A DNA stretch of 63,802 nt, filler included, from Octopus bimaculoides (GCF_001194135.2; 6 parts of 6 records of this genome joined end to end with filler, not necessarily neighbours in it); one strand, 5' to 3'. Positions 1-11,616 are shown, counted from the first letter of the whole stretch. Translations and numbers: made by a program. Notes: generated by a model not told the origin, from the sequence alone.

Positions 1-34
1 ATATATATATATATATATATATATATACTCTTCT

Positions 35-190
35 ACTCTTGGCACAAGGCTCGAAATTTTGGGGGAGGGGGACAGTCGATTGGATCGACCTCAGTACTCA
101 AGTGGTACTTAATTTATCGACCCCGGTAGAATTTGAACTCAGAACGTATAGATAGACGAAATACCCCTAAGTATTTTGCCCGCCTGCTAA
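35..190 (-). mobile_element. SINE family A fragment
   Basis: Reverse complement of the GTTAGCA..GAGTTCAAATT..GTCGATAAATTAAGTACCA consensus seen throughout the window; internally deleted. Confidence 0.75.
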
Positions 191-659
191 CATCTCGTTG
201 TTCGAAAAAAGTTCGTTTTCTGTTTTCGTTTCTCATTGTGTTTAACGTTTTTTGTGATGTCCTGTACCCATGTATACGTGTATATATACATATAGATGTA
301 GGTATGTACATATATTTATGGATATATGCATATGTTTATATATTATTTATATTATTATATGATCGAACGCCACACATCCTTTTCCAAGTATATATATAAC
401 ACGAATATAAGAGATGTGCGTTCGAACCCCATGCGTATGCGAAACCCACTTTTTTTACGTCGATGGCTCATATGCCTGAATATTAGACAATTTTCTTTAG
501 TCTGTAGGTACGTATGTATGTATGTATCCGTTATTAGAGACAGAGATAGTATTAGTTCAAATTATTGATCTATATATCATACCCAAAGTAAATATACTTT
601 TCAATGTCTTCTGGACTATTGTATTCGTCTGAAGATAATATCTATTGTAGACGTATAGT

Positions 660-805
660 TAGTACGCTGGGCGAAAAGCTTAGTAGTATTTCGTCTGTCT
701 TTACGTTCCGAGTTCAAATTCAGCCGAAGTCGACTTTGCCTTCCATCCTTTCGGAGTCGATAAATTAAATATCAGCTGCGTACTGGGGGTCGATCTAATC
801 GACTG
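660..805 (+). mobile_element. SINE family A (tRNA-derived head)
   Basis: GTTAGTACGCTGGGCGAAA..CGAGTTCAAATTC (B-box-like)..GTCGACTTTGCCTTCCATCCTTTCGGAGTCGATAAATTAA. Confidence 0.8.
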
Positions 806-999
806 AAAACAAGGTGGATTTGTTTGACACTCAGGAAAAAGTAAAGAAGACGCTCTTCTACAGAAAAGAATGAAGAGAGAAAATAAATGGAGAGAGGAAA
901 ACAGCGGAGAGAAAGAAATGTGTATTGAATGACAGTTCCATTGGGTGGTCAACCAAATTCGTAGTTTTTTTTTTTTTTTAGATATTTTCCCATGCATTT

Positions 1000-2720
1000 T
1001 AATACTTATTTTTCATCACTTTTAACAAATCACTCGAAATTACTGTTCATTTTCTCGGTTTCTTGCCAAAGAGTACATCAAATCCCGTTTTCCGTCCACG
1101 TCGTTGTTGAAGGAAACGCCCGGCAGACTGTCATAGAGCGATCAAAAAGGCAGTAATCTGAAAATGCTATACTGGAAGAATACGGTAGGTGCGGTAGAAT
1201 GTCTCTACTGCGCTCTAGAATGGCATTTTGGGGGACAAATTAGCAATGTGGGGTGACCGTTGTCGAATTGAAATATTACGTCGTGTCACTGGTCAGAGCA
1301 TTTCAACAGGCTTAACCAACCCTTCGTGGGCCAGCAGTGTTGGAATTACACAAAAGGCCATTGTGGTCATGAGGGACCCCCTTTTGTTTTTGTGCATTTC
1401 CACACTTTCCATAAAGTAATATTTGTTTAATCTTGTCAAAATATGTGTGTGGGTGCATGATACAGAACAAAAAATTTAGCACTTTATTGGTATATATTTG
1501 TAATTTTTAGCGTTTAATGAAGGGAAATTAAAATATAATTTATTGACTGAAAAAAAAAAACCTTTATTGAAAGAAGTCAAGATTTTTAATAGTTTTATAA
1601 AGTATACATATAACACTAAATATAAAATAAAACAAAATTATTCAGTATATCGATTCATACCAGTACAAATACGAAGAAAATTGATTTACATTTCATCAGA
1701 ATATCTGAGAAAAGAACAGGAAAAAGATTTCACAGGAGGCCAGTGGGGTCCAATTGGATCCCTATGATCATATTTATGCTGTAATATCCATATGAATGGA
1801 AATTTTAAACTCAAAATTTGTATGTGCATACAAAGACTATTGATAATAAAAGTCATGAGATATAGAATCATTAAGATAAAAATGTAAAAGTTGCATAACA
1901 TGTGACGGGTTACGGTATCTTGAGACCCCCTCATCTTCTGGGTCAATTCTAGAATGGATTGGTGCACATCCTCGTGAATAGCGGAGAATCTGTAAAATTG
2001 AATTTCATTTTCCAACCCAATAGTTCATTTTCTTTTTCTTTTTTTTTTTTTTATCTATGGATCCCTTTGGTTTATATTTGATTTACTCGGGTGATCCCTT
2101 ATAGCTTTTCAATGCACAGTAATCCCTCGACGATCGCGTGTATTACGTTCTAAAACCTCCCACAAAAATAATTAAAATCTAAAATAATATAAATACCTAT
2201 CGGCCGCAGAAATCCGCGATATACTGAGGAATCCGTGCGATATAAATTTAAATATATTAGCCAGAAAAATCCGCAATGTACTGAGTGTGGGATAGGTGAA
2301 CCGCTATGTACTAAGTGCGCGACAGGTGTATCCTGATATGGCGGCTGATTATTGTATATTAAAAAAGTAATAGTGTACTTTTATGATTAAATATTAATAG
2401 GAATTTTATAATAAAAAAATTTAATAGTTTGCATGTTGCTGTAGTATAACCAATTTGTGGCGTATAAATTTTAACAAAATTCTATATGAACTCACCACGG
2501 TTCATACTGATTCCGGCTAAAAACTACTGCTTTTACAGGTAAATCATTTCTGTGTAGTTCTTTTAGTGATAGCATCTTCTTCGTACACAACACAAATGTC
2601 TCGAACGGCGTCAGCAGTTTTGGAATCTTGAGTGAAAACGAAGAGAAGGAAGCGTCGAAGAACTCGTCTGTTTTTTGTTTGTTTTTTTTGCTTTGTTCTC
2701 GATCGTCATAGGTCTGAAAG
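1000..2720 (-). mobile_element. Decayed mariner (Mos1-type, D,D34D) transposon in three collinear pieces, interrupted by younger insertions
   Basis: Minus-strand translation gives RVLRRFLLFVFTQDSKTADAVRDICVVYEEDAITKRTTQK*F (about 2520-2650; mariner first HTH), AIHEDVHQSILELTQKMRGSQDTVTRHM (about 1900-1985; second HTH) and DILPHLPYSSSIAFSDYCLF (about 1150-1215; resembles the EVLPHPPYSPDLAPSDYHLF motif). The pieces are in the correct N-to-C order. Boundaries are approximate. Confidence 0.8.
2117..2354. mobile_element. Tigger/pogo-like MITE, copy 1 (inserted in the mariner remnant)
   Basis: Begins CAGTAATCCCTCG and ends ..GCTGATTATTG followed by TA. The internal sequence matches the copy at 7950-8168 in opposite orientation. 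Confidence 0.65.
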
Positions 2721-2754
2721 GAAGTAAATATTTTTTTTTTCTCAAATTTCAAAA

Positions 2755-3065
2755 ATTGAGGGGCACTCCTTCAGTTACGACGACGAGGGTCCCAGCTGAT
2801 ACGATCAACTTGCTCGTGAAATTAACGTGCAAGTGACTGAGCAATTCACAGACATGTGTACCCCTAACGTAGTTCTCAGGAAGACTCCGCGTGACAAAGA
2901 CGGCTCTTTGAAATACAAGTACTACTCATTTTTTTTGCCGGCTGAGTGGACTGGAGCAACGTCAAATAAAGTGTCTCGCTCAAGGACACAACGCGTTACC
3001 GGGAATCGAAATCATGACCTTCCTAGCGCGAGTCTAATGCCTTAACCACTAAGCCACGCACCTTC
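2755..3065 (-). mobile_element. SINE family B
   Basis: Reverse complement of the 3819-4225 element (GGCACTCC..CGACGAGGG..TTAATTTCACGAGC; head GTGGCTTAGTGGTTAAGG..GATTCCCGG). Confidence 0.8.
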
Positions 3066-3818
3066 ACTTTCAAAAATTATTGAATGTATATAATGTATAA
3101 CAAAAAAAAAAAAGCTGTTGTGGAGAAATAGAGTTACAATGAAAGCCATAAAACTTTACGATAAAGCATTTTTAGTAGCAATTCAAGTACTATCAGGAGC
3201 AAATGGATTTATCTAGCAACACAGCTCAGCCGTCACTTGCAAGCGAGTATGGCCTGGAAGATTGTAACATACTTTCATGAATTGTTTTAGGTGCCTAAGT
3301 AGTCGGGATCAAACACGGCCGACATATTGATCCTCTTACCATTAAACCAGCTAAACATCGAGGGTACGACGGAAGGATGGAGACAGGCAGACAGATACAC
3401 AGAGCTGTATCAGAAGTCTGGTGTTACTCATTTCAGCTAGTCTATGAAACGAAGTGTTTCGTCCAAGGATACCAGACACTGACCAGCCCTTCAGAGCATC
3501 GAACCCACGAACTTATGATCATGCGTCTAGCACTATAACCTCTGGGCTACACATCTTTATTTCAAATGGAAAACATACTTTTGGGTTTGTTACCAGCTCT
3601 ATAATGACAGACAAATTTTGCGCATAAAACAAGAACTAGAAACCGAGTGACTTGTGGTAGCCTGTGGAATGATGATACGTGCTAAGTTGATGAATATAAA
3701 TATAACTAAATATAAACATACAAAAAGTAATATATATTACTACATCACTATATCACCAAAATCTTAACATAAACAATTTGTATATTTGTGTATCTGTGTT
3801 TGTCTATATCTATATACG

Positions 3819-4225
3819 CGGAGGCGCAATGGCCTAGTGGTTAGGGCAGCGGACTCGCGGTCGTAGGATCGCGGTTTCGATTCCCAGTCCGGGCGTTGTG
3901 AGTGTTTATTGAGCGAAAATACCTAAAGCTCAACGAGGTTCCGGCAGGGGGGAGGGTGGCGAACCCTGCTTTACTCTTTCACCACGACTTTCTCTTACTT
4001 TCTGTTGTGCCTGTAATTCAAGGGTCAGCCTTGTCACGCTGAATATCCCCGAGAACTACGCTAAGGGTACACGTGTCTGTGGAGTGCTCANNNNNNNNNN
4101 GAACTACGCTAAGGGTACACGTGTCTGTGGAGTGCTCAGCCACTTGCACGTTAATTTCACGAGCCGGCTGTTCCGTTGATCGGATCAACTGGCACCCTCG
4201 TCGCCGTAAGCGACGGAGAGCCAAC
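3819..4225 (+). mobile_element. SINE family B, near-complete copy
   Basis: tRNA-like head GGCCTAGTGGTTAGGG (A-box) and GGTTTCGATTCC (B-box); body GAGAACTACG..GTGTCTGTGGAGTGCTCAGCCACTTGCACGTTAATTTCACGAGC. Confidence 0.85.
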
Positions 4226-5850
4226 ATACATACATATCTATATACAGGCATCATCCGCATTACAGTATTCCGCAACGTTGAAAATGTTACCGTAACTTGT
4301 GCTTTCATTACGTGAAACATAATTTTTTACTTCCATGTTATAAATTGAGACGGGTTCCGCAGTAACACGCAGTTTTATGCATGAAAATATCAAGTTTTAA
4401 GCCAACGCTGAATCAGTATGATATCAGTATGATATCACGAATCAGTATCATATCAGGCAGAGTCAGTACGATATCAGGAAAATTCGTTACAGTATATAGC
4501 TACAGCCATTTAGGGTCTGGGTTCAGATCCCAGTAAGATCAATTTTACCCTATAAGCTGTAAAGAAGCCTGCTTTGCAACCACGTTGTCTCGTGTTTAGT
4601 CTCATTGGTTTGTCACTTGAGCTCGTGTCTTCTACTATAGCCTCCGGCCAAACAATGCTCTGTGAGTGAATTTGATAGAGAGAAACATTGGGATCCCATC
4701 ATGTGTGTGTGTATGGTTGTTCCCCCACCGATTTACAACCAGTGTTGGTTTGTTTACTCCTCCGTAATCTAACGGTTCGGCACCACTTTGAAGCGTTTTT
4801 AGTTGAAGAAATCTACCCCAATATTTACATTTTTTTTTTCTATCAGCCGAATCGCTGATAGAAATACCCATTGTCAAGAGGCGGGGTCAGGTGGGCATAA
4901 ATACAAACACACACACACACACACATGCACACACATAAATGTGGACACACACACACACACANNNNNNNNNNNNNNNNNNNNNNNNNNNNNNNNNNNNNNN
5001 NNNNNNNNNNNNNNNNNNNNNNNNNNNNNNNNNNNNNNNNNNNNNNNNNNNNNNNNNNNNNNNNNNNNNNNNNNNNNNNNNNNNNNNNNNNNNNNNNNNN
5101 NNNNNNNNNNNNNNNNNNNNNNNNNNNNNNNNNNNNNNNNNNNNNNNNNNNNNNNNNNNNNNNNNNNNNNNNNNNNNNNNNNNNNNNNNNNNNNNNNNNN
5201 NNNNNNNNNNNNNNNNNNNNNNNNNNNNNNNNNNNNNNNNNNNNNNNNNNNNNNNNNNNNNNNNNNNNNNNNNNNNNNNNNNNNNNNNNNNNNNNNNNNN
5301 NNNNNNNNNNNNNNNNNNNNNNNNNNNNNNNNNNNNNNNNNNNNNNNNNNNNNNNNNNNNNNNNNNNNNNNNNNNNNNNNNNNNNNNNNNNNNNNNNNNN
5401 NNNNNNNNNNNNNNNNNNNNNNNNNNNNNNNNNNNNNNNNNNNNNNNNNNNNNNNNNNNNNNNNNNNNNNNNNNNNNNNNNNNNNNNNNNNNNNNNNNNN
5501 NNNNNNNNNNNNNNNNNNNNNNNNNNNNNNNNNNNNNNNNNNNNNNNNNNNNNNNNNNNNNNNNNNNNNNNNNNNNNNNNNNNNNNNNNNNNNNNNNNNN
5601 NNNNNNNNNNNNNNNNNNNNNNNNNNNNNNNNNNNNNNNNNNNNNNNNNNNNNNNNNNNNNNNNNNNNNNNNNNNNNNNNNNNNNNNNNNNNNNNNNNNN
5701 NNNNNNNNNNNNNNNNNNNNNNNNNNNNNNNNNNCTTCCATTCCTCGTACGTACAGTAATGCGTTGAGTCTCTCCCTTCGGTTTATATTTGATGAATTTA
5801 ATGCTTCTATTGTTAATATTGTTTTGGTTATGGGGGAGTATCTATTTGTA

Positions 5851-6460
5851 CAGAGTGGGGCAGAAATGACGGACGTTTTTCAAAAATTCACAAAATCATT
5901 AATTTTAGCTACAAGCAAATTTTAGTGACATCAATGTGTTTGTATTGAATTAACATTTGTCAAAATCAAGTTTGAAAAACAACATCCATCATGTGGTGTC
6001 CGTTTTCATTGATGCATTTCTGAAGGCATTCTTGGAAGTTGGGTTCCCCTCTCTCCAGCATTGCTTCTGCGCATAGTCCCATGGCTTCAACTGTTGCCCA
6101 AAGACCAATTTGTACGGATGGAAATGCAGGTCTTCATGCAAAATACTATTTATACTATTTATCGATCAATTACCGTGGGATTCTTCCAAGCAGAGCGATT
6201 CGGACTCGCGTTCCACATTTTTCCGGGGTCCGTACCGTTCGTGGCACCCCCACCAGTTTCTTATTCATTATCGTACCTCGTATACGAAGTGAACTCACCC
6301 AACGGAAGATTGAGTTACGGGTGGAAACAGCCTGATTTCGGTGAATATTGAAGCGGCCTAGAAACTCAAGCTGAACTACTGTGACAGACTCGTTATTCTT
6401 CTCGTAAGTGTCGTTGGCGAACATTCGATTCTCTACCGTCCAGGGCACCATGGTTTCATC
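5851..6460 (-). mobile_element. Internally deleted IS630-Tc1-mariner transposon (DUF4817-like HTH N-terminus, maT/DD37D-like)
   Basis: ORF from ATG 6451: MVPWTVENRMFANDTYEKNNESVTVVQLEFLGRFNIHRNQAVSTRNSIFRWVSSLRIRGTIMNKKLVGVPRTVRTPEK. It is followed by ILHEDLHFHPYKLVFGQQLKPWDY (from 6144) and the C-terminus FQECLQKCINENGHHMMDVVFQT* (stop 5966-5968). Terminus TA-CAGAGTGGGGCAGAAA at 5849-5866. The catalytic core is missing and the second TIR was not clearly found. Confidence 0.8.
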
Positions 6461-6889
6461 TAAAAGAAGAAAAAATGCTAAGACACCACGGACCGAATGA
6501 TCACTGTCAAGCATATGTCCCTACTTCTGGGGCTAAGTATATTTGTTTTGCTATGCCGAGAAGTGATGTAGTTTAAGTGACAAAATTCCCTTTACATCCT
6601 GAACATGAAATAAGCCATAATTTAAAGAAACTTCTTAGAGAAACGTTGAAGATGCATCAATCCAGTCTAAGTCTGCACAATGTCTGAAACTAGAATATAA
6701 TAGTCTTCATATACAGTTATTCTTTAATAACAAATTAGGACTTTCACCTATTATCTTTATATTGTTTTCAAATTTTGGCATAAGACCAGCAGGTTCGAGA
6801 AAGAAGGTAAGTTGATACCATCGACCCCGATGCGCAAGCGGTTCTTATTCTCTCGACCCAGAAAGGATAAGTCAGCCTCGAAAGAATTT

Positions 6890-7530
6890 GGATCCTGTTC
6901 AAAACGGGGGCACCAGTATTTTCTTAACGAAACACTTTGAAACTTGGGACACTGGTAGAATGTGTCATATAAAACATCTTTTTCTCAAAAAAAAGGAATT
7001 CGCAAGTTATTCCATGTTAAAGTTGTCGTATTTCTGTAATTTCAACCAATCACCGACGTCTATTCAGCTGAATAGAGTTACTGCTAGCCGGTCATAAAAA
7101 TGTTATTCCCTGTGACATATTTCATCCGGTTTAATCGTAATTTATACGCATATTTTGTTTATATAATAAATTACGCTGTGCGTATCTATGTGTGTAACAA
7201 TTTTAGAGTTCGGATTCTAGAGTTAGGGTTAGGGTTAGGGTTAGGGTTAGGGTTAACATTCTAGTTAATCGGAAATGTCAGAACTATCGGGGATTAGTAC
7301 GATATACATCGTTACAGCGCTAATTGTTTTCAACTGAATAGACATCAGTGATTAGTAGAAATCATCGAAATAAGACAATTTTTTTACATGAAATAAATTC
7401 GAATACAAAATTTTTTTTTCTGTTCTATAACACAAAATAGATAAGTATACGAAGTTTGAAAGTCTTTCAGTACCAAAAACACTACATAAAACATAAATGA
7501 AAACTGGTGCCCCCGTTTTGAACAAGATCC
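6890..7530. mobile_element. 641-bp non-autonomous DNA transposon (MITE) with 28-bp TIRs and 8-bp TSD, probably Merlin superfamily
   Basis: GGATCCTGTTCAAAACGGGGGCACCAGT (6890-6917) versus the reverse complement of 7503-7530 (1 mismatch). Flanks are AAGAATTT and AGGAATTT. It splits a SINE copy. GG termini plus an 8-bp TSD fit Merlin/IS1016-like elements. Confidence 0.8.
7223..7252 (+). repeat. Interstitial telomere-type repeat (TTAGGG)5
   Basis: Five perfect TTAGGG units inside the MITE. Confidence 0.95.
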
Positions 7531-7949
7531 AGGAATTTGAACTCAGAACTTAAAGACGGACGAAATGCCGCCGAGCATTTTGCCTGGCATGCTAACGGTT
7601 CTGCCAGCTCTACGCTTTACGTTATTGTTATTATTTTTATATTAACATTATGACTTAAGGGCTCATCCTTCATACTTAGATGCAAATATTATAGAGTCCT
7701 AACGTATGCATTGTGAATAAGAAGCCATTAAGGTTTATTTAATATAACCTGAAATATAATCTGTAGGAAAATTTATAAATAAATGGAAACATGGAGGAAT
7801 ATTGGGCATTTTAACATATTTTAATAAGCCTATCACCTGTGACTTCTGCGGTACAGAATGAATATAATATACGTTTTGCACCGTAAGACTTACCGGTGAT
7901 ACCACTGCTATAAATCATTGTGGTAGTTTATATAGTGATCTTGAGCGTA

Positions 7950-8168
7950 CAGTAATCCCACGCCATATCACGGTTCAATTATCGCGCACTCAGTACATCG
8001 CGATTCACTTATCACGCACTCAGGAGATAGCGGATTTTCCTGGCTAATATACATAAATTTGTATCCGGGTTTCTGCAACCGATAGGCACCTATATGTTTT
8101 TAGATTTTAATTATTTCTGTGAGAGGTTTTGGAACGTAACACCCACCGCGATAGTTGAGGGATTATTG
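7950..8168. mobile_element. Tigger/pogo-like MITE, copy 2
   Basis: TA-CAGTAATCCCACG ... GAGGGATTATTG termini; reverse-complement similarity to 2117-2354. Confidence 0.65.
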
Positions 8169-8199
8169 CATATGTATTTTTTTTTTAATCTTTTTTCAT

Positions 8200-8407
8200 C
8201 CTTTACTTGTTTAGACTGCGGCCATGCTGGAACACCACCTTGAAGAACTTTAATCGAACGAATCAACCCTAGTACTTATTTTATTTCAAGCCTGGTACTT
8301 ATTCTATCGGCGCCCTTTTTCCGATCCACTAAGTTACGCGGTCATAAACATACCAACACCGGTTGTAAAGGAGTATGCATATAGGGAGAAAACATGGACA
8401 CCAAAAC

Positions 8408-8451
<44 letters not shown>

Positions 8452-8525
8452 ATAAATAAATAGATAGATAGACTGAGAGAGAGGGAGATAGACAGACAGA
8501 CAGACAGATAGATAGATAGATAGAT

Positions 8526-8576
<51 letters not shown>

Positions 8577-8730
8577 CGACGGGATTCATTCAGCTTCCGT
8601 TCACCATATCCATTCACAAGGCTTCGGTAGATCCGGGGTTACAGTAGAGGATACTTGCTCAAGGTGCCACGCAATCGAAAACCTAGTGGTTGGGAAGCAA
8701 ATCTCTTACAACACAGCCACGCCTGCGCCA
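8200..8730 (-). mobile_element. SINE family C (composite, with an internal microsatellite)
   Basis: CTGCGGCCATGCTGGAACACC..AAGCCTGGTACTTATTCTATCGG..(GATA)n..CAAGGTGCCACGCA..CACAGCCACGCCT; the same layout recurs elsewhere in the window. Confidence 0.8.
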
Positions 8731-9899
8731 AAATATGGCTAAAAATAATTTTTAAAATTTATAATTTAGAATCAAATTAGACAAGTGGTGCAAAAGAAAA
8801 TATGGCGCAAAATGGGTCTGAATAGGAAAAGTGTTAAGGACCAGATTCCCCTTCAAGTTCCACATGTTATAAATGTTTTATTTATTAAAAAAAAAACTGA
8901 ATTAATTGAGTTTTTTTTTGGAGTCTCCTCCATTTTTTTAATGTTTAGATTTAGAATACTCTTTGCTATGAGTTTTTCATAAATAATTGCATGGTTGATC
9001 TCAGTTAATCGAAGTTTTTCAAATCATTATATTATATATGTGAGACGTTGCCCTAAAAGATTTATAATAATCGATAAATTATCAAGAATGATTTCGCCAT
9101 AAAATCAAATCGAGAAATGTGTATTTTTCTCCCCTTTATGAGATATCCGCCCTCCACACATACACCGCCATGTTGTACTCTGCTTTATCTCGCTGCCAAG
9201 TGCTTCAAGATGGTAATGATTCTTACCACCATTCTGCTATCTAACGTAGATCTTTCAAAGAAACTCCCAATAGAAACCGAAAATTACATAAATAAAAGAT
9301 AAACATACCACTTGATATACATATACAAGGAAGGAAACGTTAGAGATTTCACAGTATATACATATATATATATATATATGTTTAGATACATAAATAAAAA
9401 GATATTTATATATATGTATATATAGATATAGCTATAAGGTATATATGTGTGTGTAAATGTATATTTTGCATTTAATGAGTCAGAAGGGGAGTAGCTGGGA
9501 GTGGAGAAATTGAGGGCTGAGAAACAGGATGGGTGAAGAGGAGAACGGGAAGGAGGAGGAGGAAGAGGAAGGAGAGTGGGAGAGAGGGGAAAACCCCCAT
9601 GTGATATATTGTCCCTCCCAGATTAGTAAGATTTATGGATGTTAATCTTGTCTTTGAATAATTTTCTGATGACACCACTGAGCTCTGCTAGAAATAGCAG
9701 CCAATCACTATCACGTTATAACTCGTCGTTTATATACGGAGACAAATGCAAGATATTGTGGTCCAGTTATGGAGAAAAGACCTTACCGGAACGTGAATGT
9801 TCGTGAATATCCGTCCGTTAGTTTATGATTCGTAATCAATAAAACAAAAGCAACTTTAAAAAATTCCTCAGCAATTAATCTATAATATTCAGTCACTTA

Positions 9900-10980
9900 A
9901 TTATTAATCGTTATAGGTAGCCATTCCTTTAAAGTATCAGACTTCCAGTTCGTTGATTTTGACCAACGATCTCCTTTGGAAAAAATATGTCCAGTCCATT
10001 GACATATCGGCTTCCAAGAAGGTTAGATCTCTCTTCTCAAAGTTTAGATTAAATTTCTTACACCTAAGAATATTTTGTATTTCCATAAACCCTCACTCGA
10101 CCAAGCATTGAATACAGTTGACGTCGTTGGACTTGGATCTTCGAGTATCTTAACTTGTTTGTTGGAATTCAGAAACGAGTCTTTGAGTCTTTGGCTCATA
10201 GTCGGCATGTGTCATCTTCATTATGTCTTGTCTGTAACTATTACCAACGTTATTTCTCTGATGAAATTTCTGGTTTAATACACTCTGTCAAAACCTTCGT
10301 GAAGGCGCATGGCTTAGTTGTTAGGATGTTGGACGCGTGATCGTAAGATTGTGGTTTCGATTCCTGGACCAGGCGATGTGTTGTGTTCTTCAATTTCTTC
10401 AACAAAACACTTCATTTCATATTGCTCCAGTTCACTCAGCTGGCAAAAATAAATAATCCTGCAATGGACCGGCATCCCATCCAGGTGATAAATTTATACA
10501 CCATAGAAACCGGGAAACCGACCCTTATAAGTCGGCATGACCCGAGAAATTAGCCTTTAACCAGCCAATGCCTTTATGCGTATCACCCGCTTCTTTCTCC
10601 AAGTGTATCGCTTCTCCGTTGAGCTTCCTGCTAGCCATAAGTCTTTATTCTACTAGCTTCTTTCTTCGAACTTCGATTCTCTGGAATTCGTTACCTTCAT
10701 CTTGTTTTCCTCTGATCTGTAATATTCAATCAATTAAGCTTTCTGTGAATCGGACATCTTTTGAATTTTAGGCCCCTTCTTTTCTTTCTTTGTATTCCCT
10801 GGCGCTACAATGACTTCAAACCCTGTTTGGGACAAAATCCTATAAAAAAGACACTCACACACAGTAGGGCTAAAAAAAAGAGTGCGGGGTTCAATAAGCC
10901 ATTTCGTGCATAATATGAAATATGTGACAAAGCAGATCTTAAGAGATGAAAAACAGTAAAAAGCCCATTCGGTAATGAAT
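9900..10980 (-). mobile_element. Highly decayed LINE 3' region, split by a SINE at about 10300-10560
   Basis: Stop- and frameshift-ridden translation including RHNEDDTCRL*..KTQRLVSEF, resembling the C-terminal CCHC finger (xCRLC..ET..H) of LINE ORF2. Clade not resolvable. Confidence 0.45.
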
Positions 10981-11230
10981 GACCATGGGATTGCACGTAG
11001 AAAGTTACCCTCCGAGGCACAAGCCCGGGCAACGCTGTTTACGGAAGACCAGCTGTCACACATGCAGAGCAGCCTCCCCTATCAACACCACCGATGTTAC
11101 CCAAAGGAACTCATTTCTACAGTTGGGTGAACTGGAGCAACGTGAAATAAAGTGTTTTGCTCAAGGACACAACACACAGCTTGATCCGCGAATCGAACTC
11201 ACTACCTCAAGTTTGTGATCCCAATGCTCT
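10302..11230. mobile_element. Two SINE family B-related copies (about 10302-10560 on +, 10970-11230 on -)
   Basis: GAAGGCGCATGGCTTAGTTGTTAGG..GGTTTCGATTCC..CACTTCATTTCATATTGCTCCAGTTCACTCAGCTG, and its reverse complement. Confidence 0.75.
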
Positions 11231-11604
11231 AACCACTGATCCATACGCCATCTAGAAGGGACGTAGCTTATTGTTGATGTTGAAGTTGATGTGTATAGAC
11301 ATTTGTAAGCATAATCCTCTTGCATGAATAAAAATTGTTCGTGATGACCATGCAGGAGCTTATTTAGGCGTAGTGTATCTAGGCCCGAAGACCGTGATTT
11401 AAAAGAGATTTAGCTGCTTTTTCTAACATGCTGGTCGACCATATAAAGCACCACCCACCTCGATGACACATAAGCATTATGACTGACAAGAAAAAAAAGA
11501 GTAGGCCGTCGGATCCTCATACTTCGAAACCAACGAGAGAGGGTACATCATATATATATANNNNNNNNNNNNNNNNNNNNNNNNNNNNNNNNNNNNNNNN
11601 NNNN

Positions 11605-11616
11605 TTAATTAATTAA
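11605..11616. other. Assembly join marker TTAATTAATTAA inside an N gap (also 29765-29776, 46249-46260, 59344-59355, 61605-61616)
   Basis: The identical 12-mer is centred in about 100-bp N runs five times; it is technical, not biological. Confidence 0.9.

Larger units (their letters stand above)
6781..7616 (-). mobile_element. SINE family A split by the 6890-7530 MITE
   Basis: The halves 6781-6889 and 7531-7616 rejoin into one SINE. Confidence 0.75.

Noticed and set aside
583-628. 46-nt exon (EYNSPEDIEKYIYFG)
   Set aside because: Its supposed upstream partners were transposon fragments, and the peptide also resembles LINE RT (..VE.F.YLG). There is no independent support.
1914-1989. Exon ILRYSRGCAPIHSRIDPEDEGVSRY
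   Set aside because: Another frame reads as the mariner second HTH (AIHEDVHQSILELTQKMRGSQDTVTRHM), collinear with the flanking mariner pieces.
2492-2752. 86-aa ORF / 218-nt exon
   Set aside because: It overlaps the mariner first HTH in another frame.
3819-3895. tRNA gene (and similar A/B-box heads at 10302, 46990, 47335)
   Set aside because: There is no complete cloverleaf, and each continues into a shared SINE body.
4051-4140. Tandem duplication around a 10-N gap (also 36570-36680)
   Set aside because: Identical sequence on both sides of a 10-N gap is an unmerged contig overlap.
4803-5925. Long ORFs spanning N gaps or microsatellites (also 14.3-15.2, 24.8-25.2, 27.8-28.6, 41.9-42.7, 54.4-54.9, 58.3-58.7, 62.0-63.1 kb)
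   Set aside because: They are artefacts of N runs and stop-free simple repeats.
6299-6459. Strong-looking host-gene exon (DETMVPWTVENRMF..FRW)
   Set aside because: The frame continues past the donor into GVPRTVRTPE and matches a Tc1/mariner transposase N-terminus. It is kept only as an exonisation hypothesis.
7223-7252. True telomere or chromosome-fusion scar
   Set aside because: There are only 5 units in one orientation, inside a TIR element.
10060-10210. First coding exon MPTMSQRLKDSF..KIFLG with a GTAAGA donor
   Set aside because: It lies within a decayed LINE C-terminus (CCHC remnant in an adjacent frame).
11605-11616. Recurrent TTAATTAATTAA motif as a biological site
   Set aside because: It always sits centred in N runs of about 100 bp, so it is an assembly marker.
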